DNA of 64,000 nucleotides. Origin: Lytechinus pictus (lineage: Eukaryota). This document shows positions 14,844-27,000 of the stretch, one piece after another. The stretch is taken from the NCBI RefSeq assembly GCF_037042905.1, contig NC_087246.1, forward strand, positions 34,844,001 to 34,908,000, written 5' to 3'. Below the pieces are notes generated by a model. It was not told where the DNA came from. It made no database searches and saw only the letters and a program-made list of their open reading frames with translations. Every line of letters begins with the position of its first letter. The first letter of the stretch is position 1. A program made the position numbers and the translations under genes.

Positions 14844-14849
14844 TTTATT
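14844..14849 (-). promoter_or_regulatory. Candidate proximal polyadenylation signal (AATAAA) of SSRP1
   Basis: TTTATT on the + strand, 108-113 nt past the stop codon. Confidence 0.4.
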
Positions 14850-14956
14850 TTCAAGTTTTCATCCCTTCACCCCCTCCCCTCTTGAAAGTGGCCTCCTTGC
14901 ACACATGACGAATCCCTTGTCCCCCAGATATGCCATTGACATCAGGAACTCGGATT

Positions 14957-15079
14957 CTATTCATCATCTTCATCATCGTCAGCCTCTGCACCATCCTCCT
15001 CTTCAACTGGTGATGACGGCTCCTCCTCAACGGGTGATGATGCGTTTTCCTCCTTATCCGAACCTCCATCGTCAGATTT
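14957..15079 (-). CDS. SSRP1: Probable SSRP1 terminal coding exon 16 ([40 protein letters not shown])
   Basis: Pyrimidine-rich acceptor TTTTTCCCTGTTTATTCATCCCACTCCCAG; phase 0 fits the exon 15 donor; acidic S/P-rich tail like other SSRP1 C-termini; TAG stop; AATAAA ~110 nt downstream. Linkage across 25 kb is inferred. Confidence 0.75.
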   Translation of the reverse strand, partial: KSDDGGSDKEENASSPVEEEPSSPVEEEDGAEADDDEDDE

Positions 15080-18000
15080 CTGGGAGTGGGATGAATAAAC
15101 AGGGAAAAAATAGGATTTAATATATGCTTCATCTACACGCAGTTGGTCTACTTGGTCTCTTGGGTGTTTGGTCAACACTATCCCTGGGGCCTGTAACACA
15201 AAGCTTAGCAATCATCATTGAATTTTTTTTTTTTTACAAGCAACTGCACTGACCACAATGCACAATTAATCGTGAAAATCAAGCGTATGATCAATCGCTA
15301 ACCTTTGTGTTATGGGACACTGGTCTCATTAGGTGGTTTCAGACCGCCTCGAAGTTCGCCAGTTCCAGGTATTCTCTGATCGGGAAATTTACCCCGATCA
15401 GAAAATACCAGGTATTTTGGCGGTCTGAAAGCAAACTACGCGTAATATCCCCGAAAGAAAATACCCGATAAATAGTAGGTACTTGGCGAAATTACGAGAA
15501 CTTTCGCGGGGATTTGTCCAAGGTCGTGGGTATTTTGGCGGTCTGAAAGCAAATTACGGGAACTTTTAGCCCAGCGTGTCGTTGGGTGCGGCGCCGTGCA
15601 TGGGTTGCTGCTGGGCTAGTGATTTTGAATTTCGCGCCTTGCTGCTTATCAGACCATACTGCGCATGCTCGTAACTTCAGGAACTTATCCCGAAGGGTAT
15701 GTTTCAGGGCGGTGTGAATGCAGGAATAATTAATGGGTATTTTTCAGCCTAAAACAATTCTCGTAATTTAACGGGGATTCTTGTGATCGAGGCGGTTTGA
15801 AACCACCTATAGACATCATCATCNNNNNNNNNNNNNNNNNNNNNNNNNNNNNNNNNNNNNNNNNNNNNNNNNNNNNNNNNNNNNNNNNNNNNNNNNNNNN
15901 NNNNNNNNNNNNNNNNNNNNNNNNNNNNNNNNNNNNNNNNNNNNNNNNNNNNNNNNNNNNNNNNNNNNNNNNNNNNNNNNNNNNNNNNNNNNNNNNNNNN
16001 NNNNNNNNNNNNNNNNNNNNNNNNNNNNNNNNNNNNNTCATCATCATCGNNNNNNNNNNNNNNNNNNNNNNNNNNNNNNNNNNNNNNNNNNNNNNNNNNN
16101 NNNNNNNNNNNNNNNNNNNNNNNNNNNNNNNNNNNNNNNNNNNNNNNNNNNNNNNNNNNNNNNNNNNNNNNNNNNNNNNNNNNNNNNNNNNNNNNNNNNN
16201 NNNNNNNNNNNNNNNNNNNNNNNNNNNNNNNNNNNNNNNNNNNNNNNNNNNNNNNNNNNNNNNNNNNNNNNNNNNNNNNNNNNNNNNNNNNATGATGTGA
16301 ATACACACTATAGTGACACTATCTCATTCATTCATTCATTAATATAAATAATTTTACATACTCTATTTCAGCAAAGAATTATTTCCATGTGTCAATCATA
16401 CCAATGGAGTTGAATGGACTTGGTGTCCAACATCATAGTAATTTTTTATTTTATTTATTTAATACTTAATTCAATTTCTTTGCTCACTTTTGCACAATTT
16501 ATTATCTGGGGCCTGGGGCAAAAAAAAAGAGTTCAAATAATCAAGGAGGTAGAATGAAATAATCTATACAGATTCAAAAATTACACACAACCAAATAAAG
16601 AACGAAAAATGGCATTGCTTCTTTTTTTTAAGTTTGATTTAAATGCAATTCTTTAGACCCAAGTATGGAGAAAGGATTGTGTGGTCGATTCCAGGATATC
16701 AAACCATAAGAAGAAAGTGAAGCCACAAACCAGGTTGATAACCTGTCGTCGGGGACCTGCACAAAATTTCATTTCCCACCATGGCTCCATAGGCCAACAT
16801 CCTGATGAATTTTCAACCACAGCGAAGAATCAAACGATTCTGTATGTGATTTCACACCCGTCTATTAAAAGAAATGTGGAATTTTCTGATCAAGAATTCC
16901 ACTGATACCAGAAAATACAGGGTTTTTTGATACTGTGAATAGTCAATGCAAATTATGGTAATAACCACAAACTGATTAATTAGTAGCTTTTTCAAAATTA
17001 TGAGGGTTTCTCCAAAGTCGAGGGTGGTATTTGCAGAGTAGAAGCAAATTACACAACCTTTTGATAGGAGTGTGTCAGTCTTGTTGAGGGCATATACCTA
17101 AGAGAACTTCTTCTGGTTCAGCAAGGTGTGAATGCCAAAAATAAATTTCTGCTCATTGTAAGGGTTGAAATCTGAGGTATGTGATATTCAGATACTTATC
17201 GGGCAGGCATAACAAGACCAAAATTGGTCATAAATTGATTCTGTAAGGAGACAATGACCGACTTCTGGTTATTGACCCATTCCAAAATTGTTGATGTGTG
17301 GTTGATTCGACAGATATTTGTCTCTCAATTTTTTTACTTTCTTGGTATTTGGAGATTCTATTTAGAGTTGAAATGATTTTCAACATTTTCAGGACAAATG
17401 AAAGGGTAAAAAGGCAGGAATCGTCACCAATAGGGATAATACAGATGTAAAGGAAGAAGCATCAGCTCTGGGAAAGATATTGATGATGAATAATGCAAGT
17501 AAAAAAATATTTCTTTCATTCCTATGTTCCTTTTTATCATAAGATTAAATGCATGGGATCAAAATGTTGTATAATTGGACACGGGGAAAAGGTCTTGAGC
17601 TGATGTTGTTTCATGTGGGTGTGTCATCATTGGTTTTAATTAATAGATTGAATCATGAACTCTGACTTCTCTGACATTTGAGTAGGGTTTTGTCCAGACA
17701 CAGAAAACATGGTACTGTGTTTTTCATCAAGTGTAAAAGCACCAAAATTCAGAATTTGATTCCGGATCCACTCCCAGGCAACACCCCCATCTTTCCCAAA
17801 CCATTGGTCAATGAACCGGGCTGACCAGCTGATTTTTTAGAATGACCAATGAACAATTATATCAGATTATCTTCTATTAAGCAATTAACACCTCAGCTAA
17901 TCGCCCAACTGACATCCTGTTTTGGAGTTACTCTGTACTCTGGGTGCAAGAAGATTACTCATTATATCAATGACCTACAAGAAGGGCCTATTTGGTGTCA

Positions 18001-21000
18001 ATATTCAGGTCATTTAAGATTATACACCGGTATATGGTACTGAATTCAAGAATGAAACTTATGTGAGTGTGACAGTTTTTGTACAATTGTGTCATGCATA
18101 TACAAATGAATCACAAGCTCGATTTTGCAACTGTTTAAAAAAATGAATTAATTATTTCCAGATTGTGAAAGTTCAAATGTAGAAAAAAAAAAAACTTGCT
18201 TTGGATGGAATGAGAGGTAGGGTTTACGCATAATCAAAATATCAAAACTTTTTCTCTTGTGCAGCAAATATCCCTGCCACCTTGAAGAAATCCCTGCAAA
18301 AGTTTCTATAGTATAATTTCAAAAGTACCACCTCAATGTAATTTTAAGCTTCTTTCGTACAAGGTAGGGCCTAAGTTTATTGTTTGCACCATGTATGGTC
18401 CTAAAATGATTCTCTTCCTTTTCTGATTGTAGCTCTGAAAAAACCCCAACTGTTTGATTTGAACAATATTCACATGTTTACAGGCTATGAAACGAATTGC
18501 ATAATAGTTACACATACATGTAAGAAACGTACAATGGTAAATGGGACCAGTAAAAAATTGCACAAGTGATAGTCGAGCCCGGGGCCCCACATATATTAAT
18601 CAGCTATTGTATTATGGGGATACAATGCAACTACTATGTTTTTCACAATGCACATATTTTCCTTAACCCCAGAAAATTGGTGGGGCTAAGGGGGGGGGGG
18701 GGCTTAGCCTCACCGATTTCCCAGGGTTAAGCTTAGCCCACTTTGGTTTCACACTATGTTTTAGCAAAGTGGGCTAGCACGGTAAATAGTATGGTACTAT
18801 CAGGCCCTGTAAAAAAACAGGGTCAGCCGGCTTATTGCAGTGCTAGCACAATTGCGGTGCTAAGAGAAGCGGTGTGAAACGAAACAGGGCTAAGGAAAAG
18901 TGGTGCTAATCATTAGCCAATCACTGAAGTCGAAATTGCATGTCATTCACGCTCTGTGTAGCAAAATCATCAGTATTCATGACCTGTGCAATAGTCCGGG
19001 TTTAAGGCCTTAACCCCGGCTAAGCAAATAGTATGGGGTTAAAAGAGACAGTGTGAAACCCCAAAAAGAAGGATAGTCCGGTGTTAAGGATAGTACAGAA
19101 TTAAAGAAATGCAGTGTGAAAAGCATAAAAACACATGTACTTTCATGGTGGGCCTACTTTCTGATAGGGCAGATATATGAAAAAGTTTGTATTGTTTCCA
19201 TCCTAAAACACACCCATCGCACACCTTGTAACAAAATATTTGGAAATGGGTGGGAAGTAGGCCTACATAATCAGTTATCACTTTTTGGAGTCCTTGTCTA
19301 GAACAATTTCCCAATATTTTCTAAGAGAACAAAAGATCAATGACTCAATTCCTCTGGAATTGTCTGTAATCTGTTATCAGAACACCTACTTTTTCTACAC
19401 TGAAGGAAATGAGAAGTCTGATAGCAGAACTTGAATTTGCGATATCAAGCTGACCAGTGGGAAAGTGGGCACAAAGCACGACTGTGTAGTTCCCACTGTA
19501 CCCCATTCACACTTGAAACAATTTGTGGTCAACATATAAACTCCTCAACTTAAGTGCTAATTTTTTCCCATTCCATGACTGTACGAATTCTCTTTGCTCT
19601 ATTAATGCTACAGTGGGCGCGTCGTGGTCTAGTAGTTCCGACTCTTGCCTTTCAAACAGAGGGTCGCAGGTTCGAATCCTAGCCATAGCGTGTTTTCCTT
19701 CAGCAAGAAATTCATCCACATTGTGCTGCACTCGACCCAGGTGAGGTGAATGGGTTCCCGACAGGATTAATTCCTTGCATGCACTGAGCTAAAGCCGGGG
19801 TAATAATAGTAAGTGCTTTGTATCCTCAGGCAAAAAGCGCTATACAAATCCAGCTATAATTATTATTATTATTACAGTCACATTACCCCTCCGGCGGCCG
19901 TATGGCGAGTCGAAAACAGCCGTCTTATTCATTTTTATTCGCACCACCTATATATGTAACTGGTAAGAATGTTTAAATGGCTGTTTTTCGACTCGCCATA
20001 CGGCCGCCGTAGGGCAAATGTGACCGAGGTATAACAATTGCTTTGTCACATGATTAAGAGTCGATACCCAACAATTTTGGCAACACCCTAATCTACATTT
20101 TCCGCTCTTCACCTACGTAAAGCAAATGGGTTGTACTGTAATACAAACAAATTTGAAATATACCAAGAACATTCTCTTGCATGGTTAATTGCAGCCCAAT
20201 GTTATTAGGTGACATTTCGTTCTTGCATCTAAGTGTTACAAATGGCAACATATTAACGATTCAAAACACTTATTCCCTTTGAGTGCAAACAGGCAGTAAT
20301 GAGGGTTTCCTAAAAAAGCAGTACACAATGATAGAGATAAAAATTTGATTCTGATGACCGGTATAAAGGTGTGGTCAATTTCCTTCCTTGAAGCAACAAT
20401 TGATTCACGATGTTCCGGCATGTGACCAACATTATCTATCAAAACTTGCAAACCCTCACTAAGTCCCACGGAGCAACATGAAATCATTACCATTGGCAAG
20501 AAATTTTCATAGCTTTATTGTTTGCAACTTTGCATTTCATCTATTTCTTTTGTCAATTTCTGTAACTTCTTCTAATTTACTCTTCAAACTTCCTTTTCCC
20601 TTTCAATGGTGGTGGTGGGGGGGGGGGGGGTTCATAGTTGCAAACTTGCATGATTTACAATATTAATTGCACTAATTTTCATATCTAACAGGTACACACA
20701 ACCATCCAACACCTGGGTGGAGAGTAGCAAATGCAGATTAGTGTCTTGGCAAAGGACATTAGTGCCCGGTGAGATTCAAACCCCAACTCTTGGATTAACA
20801 GTCAAGTGACTGAACCACTACACCTTGACTCCTCCACTAGAATTCACCTCCACTAGAATTCATACAAATCTAACAATTGTGTTTTATTTTGCATTCAACA
20901 AATCAAAACATCAACAATGACGTATCAAATCTGACTATCAGAGCAGGAAAATACAATTCATCATGTTTCTTTGTCAAAAAAAAGTTTACTGATGAAATTT

Positions 21001-24000
21001 GAAAGAAAAACATCCCTGGTAATAGCGGGGTCAGCTGACTATTGTCGTGTTCGGTACCTTTCAGAAAATTTGCGTCAGAGCGTGCCATGAACTTAAGCTC
21101 AGTCCTGGGCCTGGTAACAGAAAACACAGCAAATGATGGTGCAATTGAAATCTATGATTGATTGTACATAATGACCAATGCAAATGATCATGAAAACCAG
21201 CCTTATGATCAAAGGCCATGCTTTGTGTAACTGGACTCAATACATGCATGCCAAATTCAAAGTGTCAACAGCCCTCAGAAATCTCAGAATAATACAGAAA
21301 AAACAACAATTCGACAAAATAAAGAAGGGAAAAGAAAGAAAGGTTAATGATCTGTTTTTCTTGGCAATTGCTAGAGCCACCACCCAGAGATTTTAAATAG
21401 GAAAAGTTCAGAATAAAGGCCTTGACATAAATAATCAACAAGAAAATTATTCTGAAAGAATAGAGACCCTTAATTGAATCAGTTCATCCAAAGCATACTC
21501 ACTACTAATAGACTGTCAGGCTCCCCACTTAGAATTTCTTCGAAAATTCGAACACATCTTGCCCCCCCCCCCCCCCCCCCCGGAAAAACTTCTGTGTACA
21601 GCCATGGTATTGTATGGCATTATAGAAAAATGTGTTGTATTTCTACTATAGGCCTACTTGTCTTGTTAATCACAGTTTCAATTGGGACAATGGAGAAATA
21701 GAGAGACAGAGCTCTTAAGTATTACTGGGATTGCTCTCGCTAGACTCTAGACTAGTTTTGTAAACTAAATGTCATCTTCATTTACTCAGTCCATGTCTTT
21801 AAAAAAATCAGACACATGGCTTCCACTATTAAAGACTAATGGCTAAAATATTCACAAAACACATCCTTGAAAAGAATCTGGTTCAACCAATGTGCTCCTA
21901 GGAAGGCAGGTGACCGTAGGTCAGCTCTGACGTCACACAAAGACCGCTCCATGCTGTGTTCAATGTCTTCTTTTCAATTGTCTGACGTACTCCAAGATCT
22001 AATGCCAATTGAAAAAGGACCTTCAAGGCTTTCTCTGGTCCGACATAATTGTTAAAAAAGCACTTCAAAGCTTTATTTTTCAAAGTCTTGGGCTTCTTCA
22101 GAAAATGTTTGTGATTGTTATCCTATTGTTTTTATCTTAGTCCTTCACCATGCATCTACAAAATAGGGTTTAAAAAATTCATTCAAGTACCCACAGGTTT
22201 TTTACTTGGTGAATCAAGTTGTAGGAATGGTAACAAGCACTTTTACATGTCATTTGAGGAAGATGTCAGAATAAAGTGTTGTTCACAGCTAAGAAATGAT
22301 TATACAGATGCCCTAACATTCAAAATTTGCCCCCCCCCCTACCCAACCCTGCCCCCTTCCCACACCTGCTGCAAGTCAAGTTTTCAGGTAAATGATGTAC
22401 GTACATACATGTACTCAACATTAGATTATTAACAGCATAATTAATATGAAATTGCTATAGAATTAGAATTTGATTCTCTCATCGAGGGGGGGGGGGGGAG
22501 GGCACTCAAATTATTTTTTGACGGGGGTGTGCATCACGAAACTCCGTAATAGGGGTCTAAGGATCTGACTAAAAGGGCAAGGTACGGGGTCTTAGGAATG
22601 AAATATATACCGCGCAGTGTGAAAAAAAAGGGTCTACGGAACGGGATCGCGACACTGTCTGTAAGTACGGTGCCTCATAGCGCTGTGAATGCGCTAGCCA
22701 TCCATGGAGTGGCTACTAGTTATTATGTAGGGAGTTGCGAAACCTTACGTGCATCTCTCACATGCGGTGCTGGCGGGGAAATTGAGATGTCTCGTAACGG
22801 GGTCTTGCGAGCGGGGCTGGGCGGCTTCTGAACTGAACTTTTGTCATTCGGAGTATCTAGAGAACTGATAATTAGGTCTGAAAAGGGGTCATCAAAGCAG
22901 CACATTCCCTTACCACCAATATATGTGAGTGCCCCCCCCCCCTTCTCATCCTAATCACAGGCCTGCCTAATCATTCTGCTGAGAATCCTGGCCAACTGCA
23001 GCCATGTCAAAGGATCAAGATCAACTGCATGAAAGTAATAGAAGTCATGGGACCAATAGCTCTATGACCCCTGTTACACATACGTTTGCAAGTGGACTGA
23101 GGCCGGCCCCGGAGGCGGCTCGACGTATGTGTAACATCAACTTTTTTTGAAAAGCCGGACTGAGGCCGGACTGAGGCCAGGTGGACTCAGTCCACCTCTG
23201 GATGTGGTTTGAGGCCGGCCCGAGTCCGGACTCAGTCCCGCAATCGGTAGGTGTAACACCAAAGTGGACTCGGCGCCGGCTTATAAGCGGAAGTGACGCG
23301 ACCTGTCATCATCAACAATGCATCGGCCGGGCGCGCTTGCTCCTTCATCCACACACTCCTTTCCACGGTGCAGGCAAACGTTATAGCACATAACAAAAAA
23401 TAGTACCGTACTCGCCGACGACGTGCTTCAAACTCCCGGAATCGCCTTTTTTGAGCACGTCGAAATTCCCTCCTTCGATCAGAAATAATAGTTACGATAT
23501 TCTTAACCTTCATAATGCAATTATATAAACAAAATATGGAGGTAAGATATGTGTACGGATCGGTCGCGATGTCGATGAGATCCAATGCAATTAAAAAGAC
23601 CTGCAAACCGCGCGAAAATATTAAGCGTTTGTTTACATGAAGTGCGCCCCAACGTCAGCTCGTGAAAAGGCGACGTGAGGCCGGCCTATGTGTAGACGCA
23701 AAATTGCGGGCCCGAGACTATGTGTAACAGGGGTTTGATGATTTTGAGGCGGCTTCAAATTGCAGGCGTGAGGCCGCCTCCGGGGCCGGCTTTGAAAGCC
23801 GACGCATGTGTAACAGGGGTCTATGATGGGACCATTGTCTTCATGGTAGAGCTCCTCCTCAAATAACACTACAGCAGGAGGCTATTACACCTTCTCAGCA
23901 AGGTCACATGATCAAATAAAGCCTCTCAAGTTTTCCAGAGTCATGTGACATTCTCTAATCTCTACTAACTTCAACAGAAAGGTTCAAGAAACTTTGTGAA

Positions 24001-27000
24001 GCAAGTCCCTTGGGGTTGTTTCTCAGAAAGCATGACAAAAGGAGGCTAAACCTTGAGATCATTAAAGGCCAAGAGTACCCTAACAACAATTGATTTCAAC
24101 ATCTGTGCTATCTCAAATATATTTCTGCAAAAACTTCTTGTCATTTTGAAAAGTGCCTATTTATTTTGATTTGCAGATAATTTTATTTGGGGATATCGTG
24201 AGTAATTTCTAAGTTCAGCATTATTGTACAGGCTTGCAAGTATTTTGGGGGCATATGAGTAATTTTTTGGTTCAATTATCAATGTAATTTTCAATAAAAA
24301 CATACCTAACAGTAACTAGCATGTATTTCTTAAGGGAATATAACTTTTTTTTTTTGGTTCAGTTATCAATGTCATCATAATTTTCAGTAAACCACGGATT
24401 TACCAGCACTCCTTGGTTAAACATACCTACTAACTCTTGCAGGTATTTTATCTTGGGAATAATGTGAGTGACTTGCTTTCACACTGGTTAAATATCAGAA
24501 AATTCCAGTAATTTTCAGCGATTGAATGGGTAAGAATCAAAACAACTTTTTTTGAGAAGCAGCCTAGATCCTTTGGCAGTCACATAATGTGAGTTTCTTG
24601 AATGAAACAGAGCTGGAATGTTCCCAAGTTCAAGGAGAGTGTGAATCGCAGTCTGCTGGCAGCGCAACTCACGACTGTCGATAACTATTTCCAATAATTC
24701 AAATTACCAGGTCCACCTCCGTTCCTGTCAAGGTTCAAGGGAATATTACGGGAAAAAATATGATGTTCTTTACCAATATCATCACAGGCGCTTTCAGAAG
24801 TATTATTTCATTTTAGGGGATGCAAAATACATGCAGGAATGCTCTTCAGGTCTTGCAGAATTGTTGGCAGTTTATATTGTTCTCCTATACCTTCAGGAGA
24901 ATGAAGGGCAATGCTTAGGAATGTTCCTGTTTCTATTAAGAAAATGGAAGATTAGGCGTAAACGTTGCAAAGGCAAGCATCTTTTTTTGTTGCAAGTTTA
25001 CCAAAAATATTCAAATTTGCAAACCTGTAGTACCATTACGTACATGTATTTGCATCATCCACTGATAATTTTTGGATATTTGGCACCCATTCTTGTCCAG
25101 TTTTTAATTTTCTTTATGGCCCTTTAAACCCGTTTTTTTTTCTAAAATAGATATATGATGAATGTATATCAGAAGGCAGCAAACAGGATTACATTAAAAA
25201 CAAATGTAATCTTGAGGAATAGTATTAAAAAGAGAAGAAATGAAAACAAAAAGAAGTTCTTTAAATCTTGGTTGGAACCCAATCAAAATGTATGTTTGGA
25301 TAAAAATTGCAAAATACATCAATTAAAACCTTTATTTTTTAAATTTCTATACAACAACCTTTTAAGAAGGAGTAGTAGTTTCCTTGTAATAAAATGGAAT
25401 AGTTACCAACAGGTAACACATTCCAAGATTAGAAAATTAGATGGAAATCAATTTTTATTCACATATATATATATATATATAGAACATTTACTACAGATTC
25501 AAACAAACAACTACGGACTTTGCATTCTTGTATTCTCATGGATTTGGGGGGTCACGTCATTGCCTTTCCTCCAGTTGGCTCATGCCTTGAGGACTTCGGT
25601 GTAATCAAATAACATTCAATTTCGTTCCTTTCAAAATCATTCTCAAGTGAATTCACTCTAGGAAAAGTGAAGTTTTCCTGCTTCTTTCTTTCATAACATT
25701 GGCTTATCGCCAAAATAACCTCACAGAATTTAAGGCCTCTTTCTATGAGAGTTGTTGGAATACAGCTGCACAACCATTCATCTACATGAAGTTCCTGGAA
25801 AAAGTTTCTCCGAACTGTTTACATCCACACTTTGTGAACCCTACAACTGCCTAGGAAGACTGTCATCATGACGTCAATCATAATTGGGCCAATGAAAGTG
25901 ATAACAAAATTAGATGTTGCAAACAGTACACCATAATGAATTCTTACCATTATCATGGTGTACGCAAACTTAATATGAAACAAAATGAATTATTGATTGC
26001 AAACAATAAATGAACTCAGCCAGAACATCGATCAGTTCTTCCATTATACAATTCAAGAAAGACTTTCGTTTGTAGAAACTTTACTACTACGGTGGAAATC
26101 TTGTTTTTGACTGCATGCTGAGCACTGTTACCATGGCAGTTTACATAGTAACAAAGATACGATAATCCTTAGTTTTTTTTATGAAACTGGTTCAAGAGGT
26201 TGTTAAACTGTATTACCTCAGAGCATCCAAAATGTTTGTATACATGCATATCAAAACTGTTGTGTAAACCTTTCCATGGGCAAGAAGGAAATACCAGTAA
26301 AACTGTTAAGTGCAAACATATCAACAGCTGTCATATTTTATTGCACTCTCGATCTAAATTACTGGTACTGATGTTTATTTACAAGCCATAGTAGGCTGTT
26401 TGTGATCCCTGGTATAATTTCATTTCAAGAGCGAAATGAATATAGATATAGAAATAATTGACTACATTTAGCATTTTGAATTGTGTGCCTTGAATAGTAA
26501 AACTTCACCCGAGCAGACACATTAGGTGGTTTCAAACCGCCTCGATCATAAGAATTCCCGTTAAATTACGAGAACTTTATTAGGCTAAAAAATACCCATT
26601 AATTATTCCTGCATTCACACCGCCCCGAAACTTACCCTTCGGGGTAAGTTCCTGAATTTACGAGCATGCGCAGTATGGTCTGTATAAGCAGGCAAGCCGC
26701 GAGATTCAAAATCACTGGCCAAGCAGCCACCCACGGCACCCGCGCTCAACGACACGCTGGGCTAAAAGTTCCCGTAAATTGCTTTCACATTGCCAAAATA
26801 CCTGCGACCTTGGAAAATTCCCCGCGAAAGTTCTCGTAATTTCGCCAAGTACCTACTATTTAGCGGGTATTTTCTTTCGGGGAAACTACGCGTAGTTTGC
26901 TTTCACATTACCAAAATACCTGGTATTTTCTGATCGGGGTAACTCGGGGAATACCTGGAACTGACGAACTTCGAGGCGGTCTGAAACCACCTAATGAGAA

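Noticed and set aside
15730-16308. Long ORFs spanning N-runs (also 39688-40250 and 46711-47409)
   Set aside because: Artefacts of translating N as X across masked microsatellites.
16600-17780. Possible decayed LINE or nested exon block with slightly higher complexity
   Set aside because: I could not read a convincing RT/endonuclease motif or an open spliced frame; needs a translated search.
19613-19690. tRNA genes at ~19613, ~28830, ~32570 and ~58895
   Set aside because: A/B boxes are present, but the copies are mutually divergent and no intact cloverleaf is evident. Three continue into a shared non-tRNA body; these are SINE heads.
25155-25604. 149-aa Lys/Asn-rich ORF and other 60-160 aa ORFs in AT-rich or MITE sequence
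   Set aside because: Low-complexity composition, no domain motifs, no coherent splice structure.
26339-26360. miR-92-like seed TATTGCACTC
   Set aside because: The sequence diverges after the seed and no hairpin partner arm is visible.
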